In this document: in pieces, positions 33,946 through 44,382 of the stretch
Layout of the letters: each line of letters starts with the position of its first letter
How positions within the stretch are numbered: position 1 is the stretch's first letter
Position numbers and translations under genes: made by a program
The notes under the pieces: model-generated
What the model was told of the DNA's origin: nothing
What the model saw: only the letters and a program-made list of their open reading frames with translations
Database searches by the model: none
NCBI GenBank assembly: GCA_050948865.1
Contig: JBMNEQ010000003.1
Coordinates: 3,147 to 67,146 of the forward strand
Reading direction: 5' to 3'
DNA length: 64,000 bases
From: Bacilli bacterium
GTDB taxonomy: Bacteria > Bacillota_I > Bacilli_A > RF39 > UBA660

Positions 33946-34220
33946 TAGGAATTTTAATTGTTTCTGTTATTGCTTTTGGAGCGAGTATATTTTTAGTTAT
34001 TTTAAATTATTATTTAAATAAAATAGATAAAGAAGTAGAAGATGTTGCCCTTTTATTACCAGGATATAATTGTGGAGCTTGTGGTTTTGCAGGTTGTTTT
34101 GAATTAGCGAAACAAATCGTTCACCATCAAGTGGAACCTCGTCAATGTAAACCAATAAAAGAAGAACAATATCAAAAGATTATTGCCTATTTAAAAGAAC
34201 ATAAAATAAAGACTGATTAA
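33942..34220 (+). CDS. rnfB: Rnf subunit B, short form: N-terminal TM plus Cys-cluster domain only
   Basis: 92 aa. CGACGFAGC...C motif. Lacks the C-terminal ferredoxin-like 4Fe-4S domains usual in RnfB. Confidence 0.65.
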   Translation: MIGILIVSVIAFGASIFLVILNYYLNKIDKEVEDVALLLPGYNCGACGFAGCFELAKQIVHHQVEPRQCKPIKEEQYQKIIAYLKEHKIKTD

Positions 34221-34291
34221 AAGTAGAACCTTGTTTTACTCTAGCATAAAAACAAAAAGTAAAGTTCATACTAAAATTAAAAGAGGTTAAG

Positions 34292-34684
34292 ATGCAAAAA
34301 CAAGGATTTACTTTAATTGAGTTATTAGCGATTATTATTATTTTGGGAATACTTATTACTATTACTATTCCTAATGTTTCTAAAACAACAAAAGAGTTTA
34401 AAGATAAGTCTTATTCTTTATTAATAGAAAGTTTAGAAAATGGTGCTCAAATTTATGTTTCAAGAAATAGGTCTTTTATTCAAGAAAAAATTAATCAAGA
34501 AGGAGTTTATATAGTAAGATTATCTGATTTAAAAGAACTTAATTTAATTAAAGATAATCTAAGGGATCCAAGGACTAATAAGGTTATTTCTTTAAATAAA
34601 AAGATATATGTGATGTATGATTTAGATTTATCTTTGATTTATTGTTTCGAAGATAGGGATTGTCCAACCCCGTTTATTCCTTAA
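34292..34684 (+). CDS. Type IV pilin/pseudopilin (ComGC/PilA-like)
   Basis: MQKQG|FTLIELLAIIIILGIL prepilin signal with E+5. C-terminal YCFEDRDCPTP disulfide loop. Paralog of the 42966 pilin. Confidence 0.8.
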   Translation: MQKQGFTLIELLAIIIILGILITITIPNVSKTTKEFKDKSYSLLIESLENGAQIYVSRNRSFIQEKINQEGVYIVRLSDLKELNLIKDNLRDPRTNKVISLNKKIYVMYDLDLSLIYCFEDRDCPTPFIP

Positions 34685-34903
34685 CTAAGAATAAATTTTT
34701 AAAAAGAAAGGCTCAATTTAATTGACTTTTATCATATAATACTATAATATAGTAAAAGAATTTGAAAAGAGGAAAGAAGATGTATTCATCTCACCTGATT
34801 GCTTAAGCTTTAGGTTAATGCCCAAGTTATACTTTTAGTATAATAATAGGTGGAGTGTGAATATATAAATATTCACTTTTTATATTTTATGGAGGTGCTT
34901 AGT

Positions 34904-35431
34904 ATATCAAATAAGGGAAAAGATTTGTTTATAAATGAACAAATTAAAGCCAATCGTGTTTTGGTTATTGGCCCTAATGGTGAACAGTTAGGAGAAAAAA
35001 CAAAGGAGGATGCTTTAACTTTAGCTTTATATGCTGGTTTTGATCTTGTTATGATTAATGATGAAGTAAAACCACCAGTTTGTAAATTGTTAGATTATAA
35101 AAAATTTAAATATGAAAAAAAGAAAAAACAAAAAGAAGCGAGGAAAAAGCAAAAGGAAATTAATTTAGAAACTAAAGAGTTTCGCTTATCAGCAAAAATA
35201 GCAGAGCATGATTTACAAACTAAAGTTAGAAATGTTTTAAAATATTTGAAAAAGGGTCATAAAATAAAACTTACGATTCGATTTAAGGGACGAGAAATGG
35301 TTCATACAGATATTGGAAAAGAAGTTTTATTAGATTTTGCTAAAAGATTAGAAGAACTTTCAGAGATAGAACAACAACCGAAATTAGATGGTCGTATTAT
35401 GACGATGTTTTTAATACCAAAAAGAAAATAA
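34904..35431 (+). CDS. infC: Translation initiation factor IF-3, with inferred non-AUG (ATA) start
   Basis: KDLFINEQIKANRVLVIGPNGEQLG matches the IF-3 N-domain. RBS ggaggtg lies 6 nt before ATA 34904. The upstream AUG-initiated extension in the ORF track is probably not translated. Confidence 0.75.
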   Translation: MSNKGKDLFINEQIKANRVLVIGPNGEQLGEKTKEDALTLALYAGFDLVMINDEVKPPVCKLLDYKKFKYEKKKKQKEARKKQKEINLETKEFRLSAKIAEHDLQTKVRNVLKYLKKGHKIKLTIRFKGREMVHTDIGKEVLLDFAKRLEELSEIEQQPKLDGRIMTMFLIPKRK

Positions 35432-35444
35432 AGGAGGAATTATT

Positions 35445-35633
35445 GTGCCAAAAATAAAATCCCATAAAGGAACTAAAAAGACACTTAAAGTTAAGCCCAG
35501 TGGGACAGTTACAAGAAGTCAAGCGGGGGCTAATCATAAAACAGGAAAGAAAAGTGCTAATCTAAAGAGAAAAAAAAGACTTAGTTCTAAATTAAGTCCG
35601 GCTGATAGAAAAAGGTTACAAAGTCTTATTTAA
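35445..35633 (+). CDS. rpmI: 50S ribosomal protein L35
   Basis: MPKIKSHKGTKKTLKV. GTG start after aaaggagg. Confidence 0.9.
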   Translation: MPKIKSHKGTKKTLKVKPSGTVTRSQAGANHKTGKKSANLKRKKRLSSKLSPADRKRLQSLI

Positions 35634-35653
35634 TTTGTAAAGGAGGATAAATT

Positions 35654-36076
35654 ATGACTAGAGTAAAGACAGGAAAAATTAAACGTGTTCGTCATAAGAA
35701 AATTTTAAAAGAAGCTAAAGGATATTTTGGTAGTAAACACCGATTATATAGAACTGCTAAAGAACAGGTAATGCGTTCTAGTGTTTATGCTTATCGTGAT
35801 CGTAAACAAAGAAAAAGAGATTTTAGGAAACTTTGGATTACTAGAATAAATGCTGCTTGTCGCCAAAATGATATTAGTTATTCAAAGTTCATTAATGGTC
35901 TTAAAAAAGCCGGTTTATTAATTAACAGAAAAATGTTATCAGAATTAGCCATTGATAATCCTAAATCTTTTTCTGATTTAGTAGTAATAGCGAAGGATCC
36001 TTTAAATGAAAAAAATTATAAATCTTTAGTTAACGATCAAGAAGAACCAAAAGAGAAAGAGGATCAAGAGGTTTGA
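35654..36076 (+). CDS. rplT: 50S ribosomal protein L20, with a roughly 20-aa acidic C-terminal extension
   Basis: [26 protein letters not shown]. infC-rpmI-rplT order. Confidence 0.9.
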   Translation: MTRVKTGKIKRVRHKKILKEAKGYFGSKHRLYRTAKEQVMRSSVYAYRDRKQRKRDFRKLWITRINAACRQNDISYSKFINGLKKAGLLINRKMLSELAIDNPKSFSDLVVIAKDPLNEKNYKSLVNDQEEPKEKEDQEV

Positions 36077-36177
36077 AAAGGGATAAGTTTTAAAAACTTT
36101 ATCTTTTTTAATTATATTAAAAAGATAGGGGAAAGAGTTTTTTTATAAAGAATAATATAATTAGGAAGTGTTATTGA

Positions 36178-37926
36178 ATGAAGTTAAATAAAGAAACAAT
36201 AAAAGATATTCGAAATAAGGTAAATATTGTTGATGTTATTGCGGAATACCTTCCTTTAGTTCAAAAAGGGAAAAACTATTTTGCAGTCTGCCCTTTTCAT
36301 GATGATCATAATCCCAGTATGAGTATTTCTCCTGAAAGACAAATTTATACTTGTTTTGTTTGTGGGGCTTCTGGAAATGTTTATACCTTTTTAATGGAAT
36401 ATGAACAAATATCCTTTTTAGAGGCTGTTAAAAAGGTTGCCGCTAAAGTAGGAATTTCCCTTGATCTTGGTCAAAAATATCAAAAGAAAGTTAATCAAAA
36501 AGAACAGTATTTATACGATATTTATGAAATAAGTAATAAGTTTTATCAAAATAACTTAAATACCAAGCCAGGATTAGAAGCTAAAAAGTATTTAAAGGTA
36601 AGAAAAATAGATGAAGATGTAATTAAATATTTTCAAATTGGTCTTTCTTTAAAGGGAATTTCTTTATCGAAAGTTTTAAAAGAAAAATTTAAAGAAGAAG
36701 AAATTGAAGAAAGTGGTATTTGTTCTTTAAGTTCTAAAGGACTTTATGATGTTTTTATTAATAGAATTATGTTTCCGATTTGGAATTTAGATGGACAAGT
36801 TATTGGTTTTAGTGGGCGCATTTATTTAGATGATCAAGATGCCAAATATATTAATTCTAGGGAATCAAAAATCTTTAAAAAAGGACAATTACTTTATAAT
36901 TATCATCAGGCTAAAGAAGAGGCTAGAAGAAAAAAGCAAATTATTATTGTGGAAGGTTTTATGGATGTTATTGCTTTATATAAAATAGGTTTAAAAAATG
37001 TTGTTGCTACTATGGGAACAGCGATAACCAAAGAACAAGCTTCTTTAATAAAAAAAACTGCCCTTAATATTATTTTATGTTTTGATGGTGATGAAGCTGG
37101 AGAAAGAGCGACTCTTAGTTGTTTAGAAGAATTAGTAAAGCTTGATTTAAAACCACAAATTATTCGTTTACCTAATAATTATGATCCTGATGATTATATT
37201 GAAGAAAAGGGAAAAGAAAGCTTTTTATCTTTATTAGAACAATCTCAAACAGGTTTAGATTTTAAAATGGCTCTTTATAAAAAGAATAAGAACTTTCAAA
37301 ATGAAGAAGATGTTTCTGCTTATATAAATTTAGTTTTAGAAGAGTTAATTAGTATTGATGATAAGGTCGTTAAAGATGTAATTTTAAATAAATTAACTAA
37401 AGAAACTAATGTTTCTTTGGGGACTTTAAATAGCTTACTTAAAAAAAGGCAATCTAAAAAAGGAAAAAAGAAATTTACAATTATTTCTAAAACTAAAAGA
37501 AGATTAAATAAATATGAACAAGCAGAACAAGCGATGCTCTTTTATATGTTAAAAGATGAGGGAGTTATTAAAATGTTTAAAAATAATTATTGTTATTTAG
37601 CAAAGACTAATTATCGTTATTTGGCTAATGAAATAGGAGAGTTTTATTATGAAAATGATTATATAGATTTAGCTGATTTTATTACCTTTTTGGGAGAAAA
37701 AAAAGAATTAGTAAATGTTTTAGGCGATATTTTAAAATTAAACCTTCCAGAAAAATATACCAAGGAAGAAATAACTGATTATATAAAGACTTTAAATGAA
37801 GGTATAAAAGAAGCAGAAATTGAAAGATTAACTAAAGACTTTCAAAAAGAAGTTGAACCTATGATAAAAGCTGAAATTGCTAAAAAGATTATTAATATTA
37901 AAAGAGGAGTGGATATTAATGGTTGA
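36178..37926 (+). CDS. dnaG: DNA primase
   Basis: CHC2 zinc finger [13 protein letters not shown]...CFVCGASG. Toprim EGFMDVIAL. Confidence 0.9.
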   Translation: MKLNKETIKDIRNKVNIVDVIAEYLPLVQKGKNYFAVCPFHDDHNPSMSISPERQIYTCFVCGASGNVYTFLMEYEQISFLEAVKKVAAKVGISLDLGQKYQKKVNQKEQYLYDIYEISNKFYQNNLNTKPGLEAKKYLKVRKIDEDVIKYFQIGLSLKGISLSKVLKEKFKEEEIEESGICSLSSKGLYDVFINRIMFPIWNLDGQVIGFSGRIYLDDQDAKYINSRESKIFKKGQLLYNYHQAKEEARRKKQIIIVEGFMDVIALYKIGLKNVVATMGTAITKEQASLIKKTALNIILCFDGDEAGERATLSCLEELVKLDLKPQIIRLPNNYDPDDYIEEKGKESFLSLLEQSQTGLDFKMALYKKNKNFQNEEDVSAYINLVLEELISIDDKVVKDVILNKLTKETNVSLGTLNSLLKKRQSKKGKKKFTIISKTKRRLNKYEQAEQAMLFYMLKDEGVIKMFKNNYCYLAKTNYRYLANEIGEFYYENDYIDLADFITFLGEKKELVNVLGDILKLNLPEKYTKEEITDYIKTLNEGIKEAEIERLTKDFQKEVEPMIKAEIAKKIINIKRGVDING

Positions 37927-39004
37927 TGAAATAAAAACTTTTGAGGAACGAAAGAAAACTTTAATTAAAATAGGTAGAAATAAAGGTTATATAACTTTTG
38001 AGGAATTAGCGGATGAATTAAGAGGTTTAGATTTAGATAATGATTCTTTAGATGAATTATATAATTCTTTTCAAGAATTAGGGATAGAAGTAATATCTAA
38101 TGAAGATGAAGATGATGATGATAAAGAAAGTAGTAAAGAAATTAAAGGAGATTTATCTGTTCCTAAAAATGTAAGTATTAATGATCCTGTTAGGATGTAT
38201 TTAAAAGAAATTGGAAGAATTAGTTTATTAACTTTAGAAGAAGAATTAGAACTTTCTAAAAGAGTTGAAGAAGGGGATGAAATTGCTAAAAACACTTTAG
38301 CTGAAGCTAATTTACGTTTAGTTGTTAGTATTGCTAAAAGATATGTAGGACGTAATTTATCATTTTTAGATTTAATTCAAGAGGGGAATATTGGTTTAAT
38401 GAAGGCTGTAGAAAAGTTTGACGCTAGTAAAGGTTATAAGTTTTCTACTTATGCTACTTGGTGGATTAGACAAGCGATAACTAGGGCTATAGCTGATCAA
38501 GCAAAAACAATTAGGGTTCCTGTTCACATGGTAGAAACTATTAATAAATTAAAACGAATTCAACGCCAATTAACATTAGAATTAAATAGAGAACCAAAAG
38601 AAGAAGAATTAGCAGAAAAAATGGATTTAACAGTGGAAAAGGTTCGAGAAATATTTAAGATTGCTCAAGATCCTTTATCTTTAGAAACACCAATTGGAGA
38701 AGAAGAAGATTCTCATTTAGGGGATTTTATCAAAGATGTTTCTAATTTAACTCCAGAAGAATATGCTATTAATGAAGTTTTAAAAGATGAAATTTCTAAT
38801 GTTTTATTAACTTTAAATGAAAGGGAAGAACAAGTTTTAAAATTAAGATTTGGTTTAGAAGATGGAACTTGTCGCACTTTAGAAGAGGTTGGTAATATTT
38901 TTGGTGTAACTAGAGAAAGAATTAGGCAAATAGAAGCGAAAGCTTTAAGAAAACTTAAACATCCTTCTCGTTCAAGAAAATTAAAGGATTATTTAAGTGA
39001 TTAA
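37919..39004 (+). CDS. sigA: Primary RNA polymerase sigma factor SigA/RpoD
   Basis: Regions 2 to 4 are canonical ([62 protein letters not shown]). Likely start ATG 37919 (MVDEIK) with RBS aagaggagtgg. Confidence 0.9.
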   Translation: MVDEIKTFEERKKTLIKIGRNKGYITFEELADELRGLDLDNDSLDELYNSFQELGIEVISNEDEDDDDKESSKEIKGDLSVPKNVSINDPVRMYLKEIGRISLLTLEEELELSKRVEEGDEIAKNTLAEANLRLVVSIAKRYVGRNLSFLDLIQEGNIGLMKAVEKFDASKGYKFSTYATWWIRQAITRAIADQAKTIRVPVHMVETINKLKRIQRQLTLELNREPKEEELAEKMDLTVEKVREIFKIAQDPLSLETPIGEEEDSHLGDFIKDVSNLTPEEYAINEVLKDEISNVLLTLNEREEQVLKLRFGLEDGTCRTLEEVGNIFGVTRERIRQIEAKALRKLKHPSRSRKLKDYLSD

Positions 39005-39671
39005 AATATCTAAACGTTTAGAAGTTATTGCTAGTTTTATTGAGAATCAGGATCAAGTTATTGATATTGGTTGTGATCATGCCTTATTAGATATTTATCT
39101 TTACCAAACTAAAAATATAAAGGTTATAGGAACTGATATTAATAAAAGAGCTTTAGAACAAGCTAAAAGGAATTTAAATAAGTATAAATTAAGTAATCAA
39201 ATTGAGCTTAAGTTAGTTGCGGGTTTAAATTTTACTTATGATAAATCTATTAATACCATAATTATTTCTGGTTTAGGTTTCTCTAAAATTAAAGATATTT
39301 TATTTGAAAATTTAACAAAATTAGACTTTATAAATAAAATTATTATTCAATCTAATACTAAACCTTTTAAAACACGTCAATTAATAACAAAATTAGGATA
39401 TTATATTGAAAAAGAAAAATTGGTTTTCGATAACAAAATAATTTATTTAATACTTTTATTTAAAAAAGGTCAAAAAAAATACACTAAAGAAGATTTATTC
39501 TTTGGACCTCTATTAAGAAAAGAGAGATCTTCTTTATTTTTAAAAGATTTAGAAGATAATATTATGAAAAAGGAATATCTTCTTGAGAAAATTCCTTTAA
39601 AATATACTTCTCGAAGGAAAAGGTTGGAAAAAGAATTAGCAATATTAAAAAAAGAAAAAACCTCTACTTAA
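38997..39671 (+). CDS. trmK: tRNA (adenine22-N1)-methyltransferase TrmK (YqfN-like)
   Basis: [15 protein letters not shown] motif. Located after sigA as in B. subtilis. Confidence 0.7.
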   Translation: MIKISKRLEVIASFIENQDQVIDIGCDHALLDIYLYQTKNIKVIGTDINKRALEQAKRNLNKYKLSNQIELKLVAGLNFTYDKSINTIIISGLGFSKIKDILFENLTKLDFINKIIIQSNTKPFKTRQLITKLGYYIEKEKLVFDNKIIYLILLFKKGQKKYTKEDLFFGPLLRKERSSLFLKDLEDNIMKKEYLLEKIPLKYTSRRKRLEKELAILKKEKTST

Positions 39672-39686
39672 ATATAAGGAGGTTTT

Positions 39687-40106
39687 TTATTGAAAGAATT
39701 TAGGGGGATTAGTGATAGTTCCTTTAGCTATTTGAGCAGTTGTTTCACTAGTGGCAGCTGCTGTAGTGGTAGAATTAACTTTACTAAATTCATTAAAAAC
39801 TTTTAACATGGTTTTAGCATTATTCCAAATAGGCTTTATTTGATTAAAAACTGGGATTGCTTGATTTACTACATTTAAAGTTTTTTGAGTACTATTTAAT
39901 AAGGAATTCCAATCAAAATTAGGTTTTTTAAAATTAGTATTATAATTAGGAAATATCTGATTTTGATTTGGCATTAAGGGATTAATTTGTCTTCTATTAA
40001 AATTATTATTATAAAAGGGTGTTTGTTGGTAAGGCATTATATTTTGATATCGAAAATTAGGATGATAATTTTGAGGTGAAAAATGAAAAGGTCTTTGATT
40101 AAACAT
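39687..40106 (-). CDS. N/Q/P/F/Y-rich low-complexity protein
   Basis: 139 aa. Composition only. No recognisable domain. Confidence 0.45.
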   Translation of the reverse strand: MFNQRPFHFSPQNYHPNFRYQNIMPYQQTPFYNNNFNRRQINPLMPNQNQIFPNYNTNFKKPNFDWNSLLNSTQKTLNVVNQAIPVFNQIKPIWNNAKTMLKVFNEFSKVNSTTTAAATSETTAQIAKGTITNPPKFFQ

Positions 40107-40224
40107 AAGATATGATACCTCCTAGGATAATATATGAAATTCTAGAAAAAAGTTTAAAAAACTTTTTACTTATGATATAATCTTACTATGATAGAGTCCT
40201 TGGTTTTTAGGAGGTGCCATTATA

Positions 40225-42180
40225 GTGTTTAAAAAGTTGCTTTTACCTTTTAATTATTTTTTAGTGGGCCTTCTTGTTGTTGGAAAGAATTTTGTTTTAG
40301 GTGCTCAAATTAGTGGCGCTTTTTTCATTAAAATTCTATCTTATTTAGGTGATATTTTTAAACAATTTTTAATATTGTTAGGTAAAATAATAAAAGTTTT
40401 TTTCTTTTATACTTTATCGGGTTTAAGAATGTTTTTAAAATATATTTTTATATTGTTTAAGATAATAGCGTTTTATCTAGGAGAAATGTTAAAATTACTT
40501 TTTAAAGTTTTAATCTTTATTTTTCAAAAGATTGTTTTAGGAATAGAAACTATTTTGAATTTTCTTTATTTTTTACTTAAAAAATTATTTTTATTAGTGA
40601 TTAGTCTTTTAAAAATTCTTCAAAAAGGATTAATAAAAGTGTTTAAGTTTTTAACTTCTTTACCACTTTTACTTTGGCATGGTTTAAAATGGTTAGGAAA
40701 AATAATTTATATTATTTTTATATCACCATTTGTTTTTGTTGGTAAGTTCTTTCAAAGACTTTATGTTAGTTTGATTGATTCTTTAACAACTCTTTTTGAG
40801 AAGTTAAAAGAAAAAGCAAAAGAATTAAAGAATTTACCAAAGAAAATTCAAAAAGGTCTTTCTAATTGGTTTAATAATTTAAGTTTTATTAAAGATATGC
40901 GTAATCGTCGGGAAATGAAAAGGCAAGCATTATTAATTGATTTTGAGGCTGAAGAAGAAGTTCGAAGTGAAGAAAAAGTATTATATCGTTTTGTTGGAAA
41001 GAATCCTGATGGAAAAATAGAAAAAGGAAAGTTAAGCGCCTATTCTCGTTTAGATGTTCATTCTTATTTATTAGCAGAAGGTTATGAAGTATATGAAATT
41101 GAACCTTTTAAAGGATTAAATATTGCTTTAGGTAGTAATTTGAAAATTAAACCAGCGGAGTTAGTTTTTTTATTAACACAATTATCTACTTATATAAAAT
41201 CAGGAATTCCTTTAGTTGATTCTATTAAAATTTTATCTAAACAAAGTAAAAGAGCGGATAAAGTTTATTTATTTCGTTCTATAATTTATGAATTAACGAT
41301 GGGTGAAAGTTTCAGTGAGGCTTTAGCTAAACAAGGTAAAGTCTTTCCTCGTTTATTAGTTAATATGATAAAATCAGCTGAATTAGCTGGAAATTTACCA
41401 GAAACTTTAGATAGTATGGCTGATTATTATGATTCTGTAAATAAAACTAGAAAACAAATGATTACAGCAATGATGTATCCGACTGTTGTTTTTCTTTTTG
41501 CTACTATAATAATTGCTTTTATTTTACTTTTTGTTATTCCTGAATTTGTTACTATCTATAAAGATATGGGTAGTGAATTACCAGCTATCACTCGTTTTAC
41601 GGTCGGAGTAAGTGATTATTTACAAAATAATATAATCTTTATTATATTAGGTGTTATTGTTTTTGTTGTAAGTGTAACAATGATTTATTCTAATATTAAA
41701 GTATTTAAAATGTTAATTCAATGGATTTTAATGCATCTTCCAGTAGTAGGAAAGATTATTATTTATAATGAAGTAACGATGTTTTCTAAAACTTTTGGTT
41801 CTTTATTAAATCATAATGTTTTTATTACTGATAGTATGGAAATTTTAAGTAAGATTACTAATAATGAAATATATAAAATGTTGATTTTTGATACTATTAC
41901 CAATTTAGCAAAGGGAGAATCTATTTCTAAATCATTTAAGAATCATTGGGCTTTTCCTATTGTTGCTTATGAAATGTTATTAACAGGGGAAAGAACGGGT
42001 CAACCTGGTCCGATGATGGATAAGGTGGCGAATTATTATCAAGAGGAACACCGAAATGCTGTTAATCAAGTTAAGGTTTTTATTGAACCAGTTATGATTG
42101 TAGCATTAACAGTTATTGTTGGGTTTATTTTATTATCTGTTATTTTACCGATGTTTAGTTTATATGGTAATCTTGGTTAG
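40225..42180 (+). CDS. Type IV pilus/T2SS platform protein (PilC/GspF/ComGB-like) with a roughly 225-aa N-terminal hydrophobic K/L/F/I-rich extension
   Basis: The C-terminal roughly 420 aa carry two T2SSF-type halves with polytopic TMs. GTG start with strong RBS aggaggtg 8 nt upstream. The N-terminal extension is a low-complexity amphipathic repeat. Confidence 0.75.
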   Translation: MFKKLLLPFNYFLVGLLVVGKNFVLGAQISGAFFIKILSYLGDIFKQFLILLGKIIKVFFFYTLSGLRMFLKYIFILFKIIAFYLGEMLKLLFKVLIFIFQKIVLGIETILNFLYFLLKKLFLLVISLLKILQKGLIKVFKFLTSLPLLLWHGLKWLGKIIYIIFISPFVFVGKFFQRLYVSLIDSLTTLFEKLKEKAKELKNLPKKIQKGLSNWFNNLSFIKDMRNRREMKRQALLIDFEAEEEVRSEEKVLYRFVGKNPDGKIEKGKLSAYSRLDVHSYLLAEGYEVYEIEPFKGLNIALGSNLKIKPAELVFLLTQLSTYIKSGIPLVDSIKILSKQSKRADKVYLFRSIIYELTMGESFSEALAKQGKVFPRLLVNMIKSAELAGNLPETLDSMADYYDSVNKTRKQMITAMMYPTVVFLFATIIIAFILLFVIPEFVTIYKDMGSELPAITRFTVGVSDYLQNNIIFIILGVIVFVVSVTMIYSNIKVFKMLIQWILMHLPVVGKIIIYNEVTMFSKTFGSLLNHNVFITDSMEILSKITNNEIYKMLIFDTITNLAKGESISKSFKNHWAFPIVAYEMLLTGERTGQPGPMMDKVANYYQEEHRNAVNQVKVFIEPVMIVALTVIVGFILLSVILPMFSLYGNLG

Positions 42181-42192
42181 AAAGGTTAAAAG

Positions 42193-42948
42193 ATGTTAGA
42201 TATATATATAATACTTTTCTTTATTTTAGGTTCAATTATGGGCTCTTTTTATAATGTAGTGGGGGATCGTCTTCCTTTAGAAAAATCTATTATAAAACCA
42301 CCATCTCATTGTCCTAATTGTCAAAAAAAGTTAACTTTTATAGAATTAATTCCAATTATTTCTTATCTTCTTCAATTAGGTAAATGCCGAAAATGTAAAA
42401 CTAAATTATCTATTTCTTATCTTTTATCAGAGGTAGGAACAGGTTTAATTTTTGTTTTATGTTATTTAACTTTTAATTTGTCTAATGAATTATTAATTGC
42501 TTTAGTTTTTAGTTCTGTTTTAATAATAGTAATAATTAGTGATTTAAAATATTTAATTATTCCTGATGAATTATTATTATTTGGAGGCATTTGTCTTTTT
42601 ATTATAAGATTAATAATGGGTTCTTCTTTTTTAACATTATTAATTAATGTTTTTATTCCTTTTTTGGTTCTTTTATTAATTAAGATCTTTGGGGATTTTC
42701 TTTTTCAAAAAGAATCATTGGGGGGTGGTGATATTAAACTAATGCCTTTATTTGGTTTAGTTTTAGGTTGGGAATTAACGTTAGTTTCTATCTTCTTTTC
42801 AGCTTTTTTAGCTTTACCAATATCTTTAGTTATTCTTCATTTAAAAAGAACTAATATTATTCCTTTTGGTCCTTTTCTTAGTCTTTCTGCTTATATTATA
42901 TATTTATCAAAACTAGATATTTCTTGGATTATAAATTTAATTGTTTAA
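42193..42948 (+). CDS. Prepilin peptidase (A24 family; PilD/ComC-like)
   Basis: N-terminal CPNCQKKL...CRKCKTKL zinc-binding pairs. Polytopic. GGGDIKLM catalytic-region motif. Confidence 0.85.
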   Translation: MLDIYIILFFILGSIMGSFYNVVGDRLPLEKSIIKPPSHCPNCQKKLTFIELIPIISYLLQLGKCRKCKTKLSISYLLSEVGTGLIFVLCYLTFNLSNELLIALVFSSVLIIVIISDLKYLIIPDELLLFGGICLFIIRLIMGSSFLTLLINVFIPFLVLLLIKIFGDFLFQKESLGGGDIKLMPLFGLVLGWELTLVSIFFSAFLALPISLVILHLKRTNIIPFGPFLSLSAYIIYLSKLDISWIINLIV

Positions 42949-42965
42949 TTAAGAGGTGAAATTTA

Positions 42966-43355
42966 ATGAATAAAAAAGGATTTACTTTAATAGAAATGAT
43001 GACTGTTATTATTATTCTTTTACTTTTAGCAACAATAGTTTTAGTAGGTGTTTCTAAGGCTTTTAAAGCAATTAAAATGAATGCTTATTATATGCTAACT
43101 AACGAATTTGAAGCTGCGGCTAGAGAATATATAAAATTAGATAAAAATAAGTTAAAAGGTTTATCAAAAGCTACTCCTATTTTAGAAATAGAATTGGGGG
43201 ATCTAATAAATATAAATAATTTAAAAGAACCCTTGATTGATCCTAGGGATGATTCAGTAATTCCTTTAAATAAAAAGGTTTTAGTTATTTTAACTGAGAA
43301 TAATCAAATTCAGTATTGTTATGAGGATAATGATTGTCCTAATCCAATAGAATAA
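42966..43355 (+). CDS. Type IV pilin (paralog of 34292)
   Basis: MNKKG|FTLIEMMTVIIILLLL. C-terminal YCYEDNDCPNP. Confidence 0.8.
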   Translation: MNKKGFTLIEMMTVIIILLLLATIVLVGVSKAFKAIKMNAYYMLTNEFEAAAREYIKLDKNKLKGLSKATPILEIELGDLININNLKEPLIDPRDDSVIPLNKKVLVILTENNQIQYCYEDNDCPNPIE

Positions 43356-43360
43356 CGTAG

Positions 43361-44365
43361 GTGGTTGGTATGCAAATTATAATTTTAATAATTTTAGGTA
43401 TAATTTATTTTTTACCGTCCTGGGAATTACAAGTTCCTTTAGTGTTAGGTCTTTCTTTTTTTTGGATAATAGTTATATTTTTAACTTTTATTTTTATTTA
43501 TAAAAAAAGGGCTAAAGAATATCCACCTAAATTTAAGGAAGAAAGATTAACAGAGCCACCAACTAAAAGAACACCTGAACAATTAGGCTATTTATTTAAA
43601 CGTCGTTTAAATATAAATCATTTAATTTCTAATTTTATGGAATTGATTCGAAAGGAAGCTGTGATAGTAGATAAAAATAAAGAAACATTTATCTTTTATT
43701 TTTCTAAAGAGTTTAAAGAAGAATTAACAAAATCAGAACAATATTTAATAAATTGGTTTTTTAATAGAATGGGTAATGGAGAAAGTTTTTCCTTAAACAG
43801 TTTTAAAAAAAGGGCCTTTACTGATAGTGGTTTTTTTATGAGATGTTATTATGAATGGCAAGAAATTGTAATGTTTGAAGGTTTAAAATGTTTTTTTTTT
43901 GAATCTAAACGAGATATTTTAGAAAGAAGTTTAGGTTATTTATTTTTATCATTCTTATTAATATTTTTAAATATAGTTGTTATTACAAATAGATATTTAA
44001 TTTTAATCATGTTTTTAATTTTAATTTTATTTACTTCTTATTTAGGACGTTTTATAAGAAGGACTAAAGAAGCGAATGAGGAATATTATAAGTGGAGAGC
44101 TTTTAAAAGATTTTTAGAAGATAAAGAAAAGATTGATCTTAAAAAGATAGAGAAATGGTCTATTTATGCTCAAGTTTTTAGAGTTTTGCCTCAATTTAAA
44201 TCTAAAATACCTAAAAATTTAGAAAAGATAAATAGTCCTTTATTAGACTGTATTAAAGATGGAACAATAGAAAAGATTGAACAAGTATTTAAAAAAAGTT
44301 TATTTATTGCTAAAATTAAAGGAGGAATATTTTCTTTTAATAGAGGGAATAATCCAGGTTATTAA
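43361..44365 (+). CDS. Polytopic membrane protein of unknown function (possibly DUF2207-like)
   Basis: Two N-terminal TMs and two central TMs. C-terminal YKWRAFKRFLEDKEKIDL...WSIYAQVF motif. Operonic between the pilin and ATPase genes. Confidence 0.5.
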   Translation: MVGMQIIILIILGIIYFLPSWELQVPLVLGLSFFWIIVIFLTFIFIYKKRAKEYPPKFKEERLTEPPTKRTPEQLGYLFKRRLNINHLISNFMELIRKEAVIVDKNKETFIFYFSKEFKEELTKSEQYLINWFFNRMGNGESFSLNSFKKRAFTDSGFFMRCYYEWQEIVMFEGLKCFFFESKRDILERSLGYLFLSFLLIFLNIVVITNRYLILIMFLILILFTSYLGRFIRRTKEANEEYYKWRAFKRFLEDKEKIDLKKIEKWSIYAQVFRVLPQFKSKIPKNLEKINSPLLDCIKDGTIEKIEQVFKKSLFIAKIKGGIFSFNRGNNPGY

Positions 44366-44382
44366 AAAAGGAGGATGTTAAA

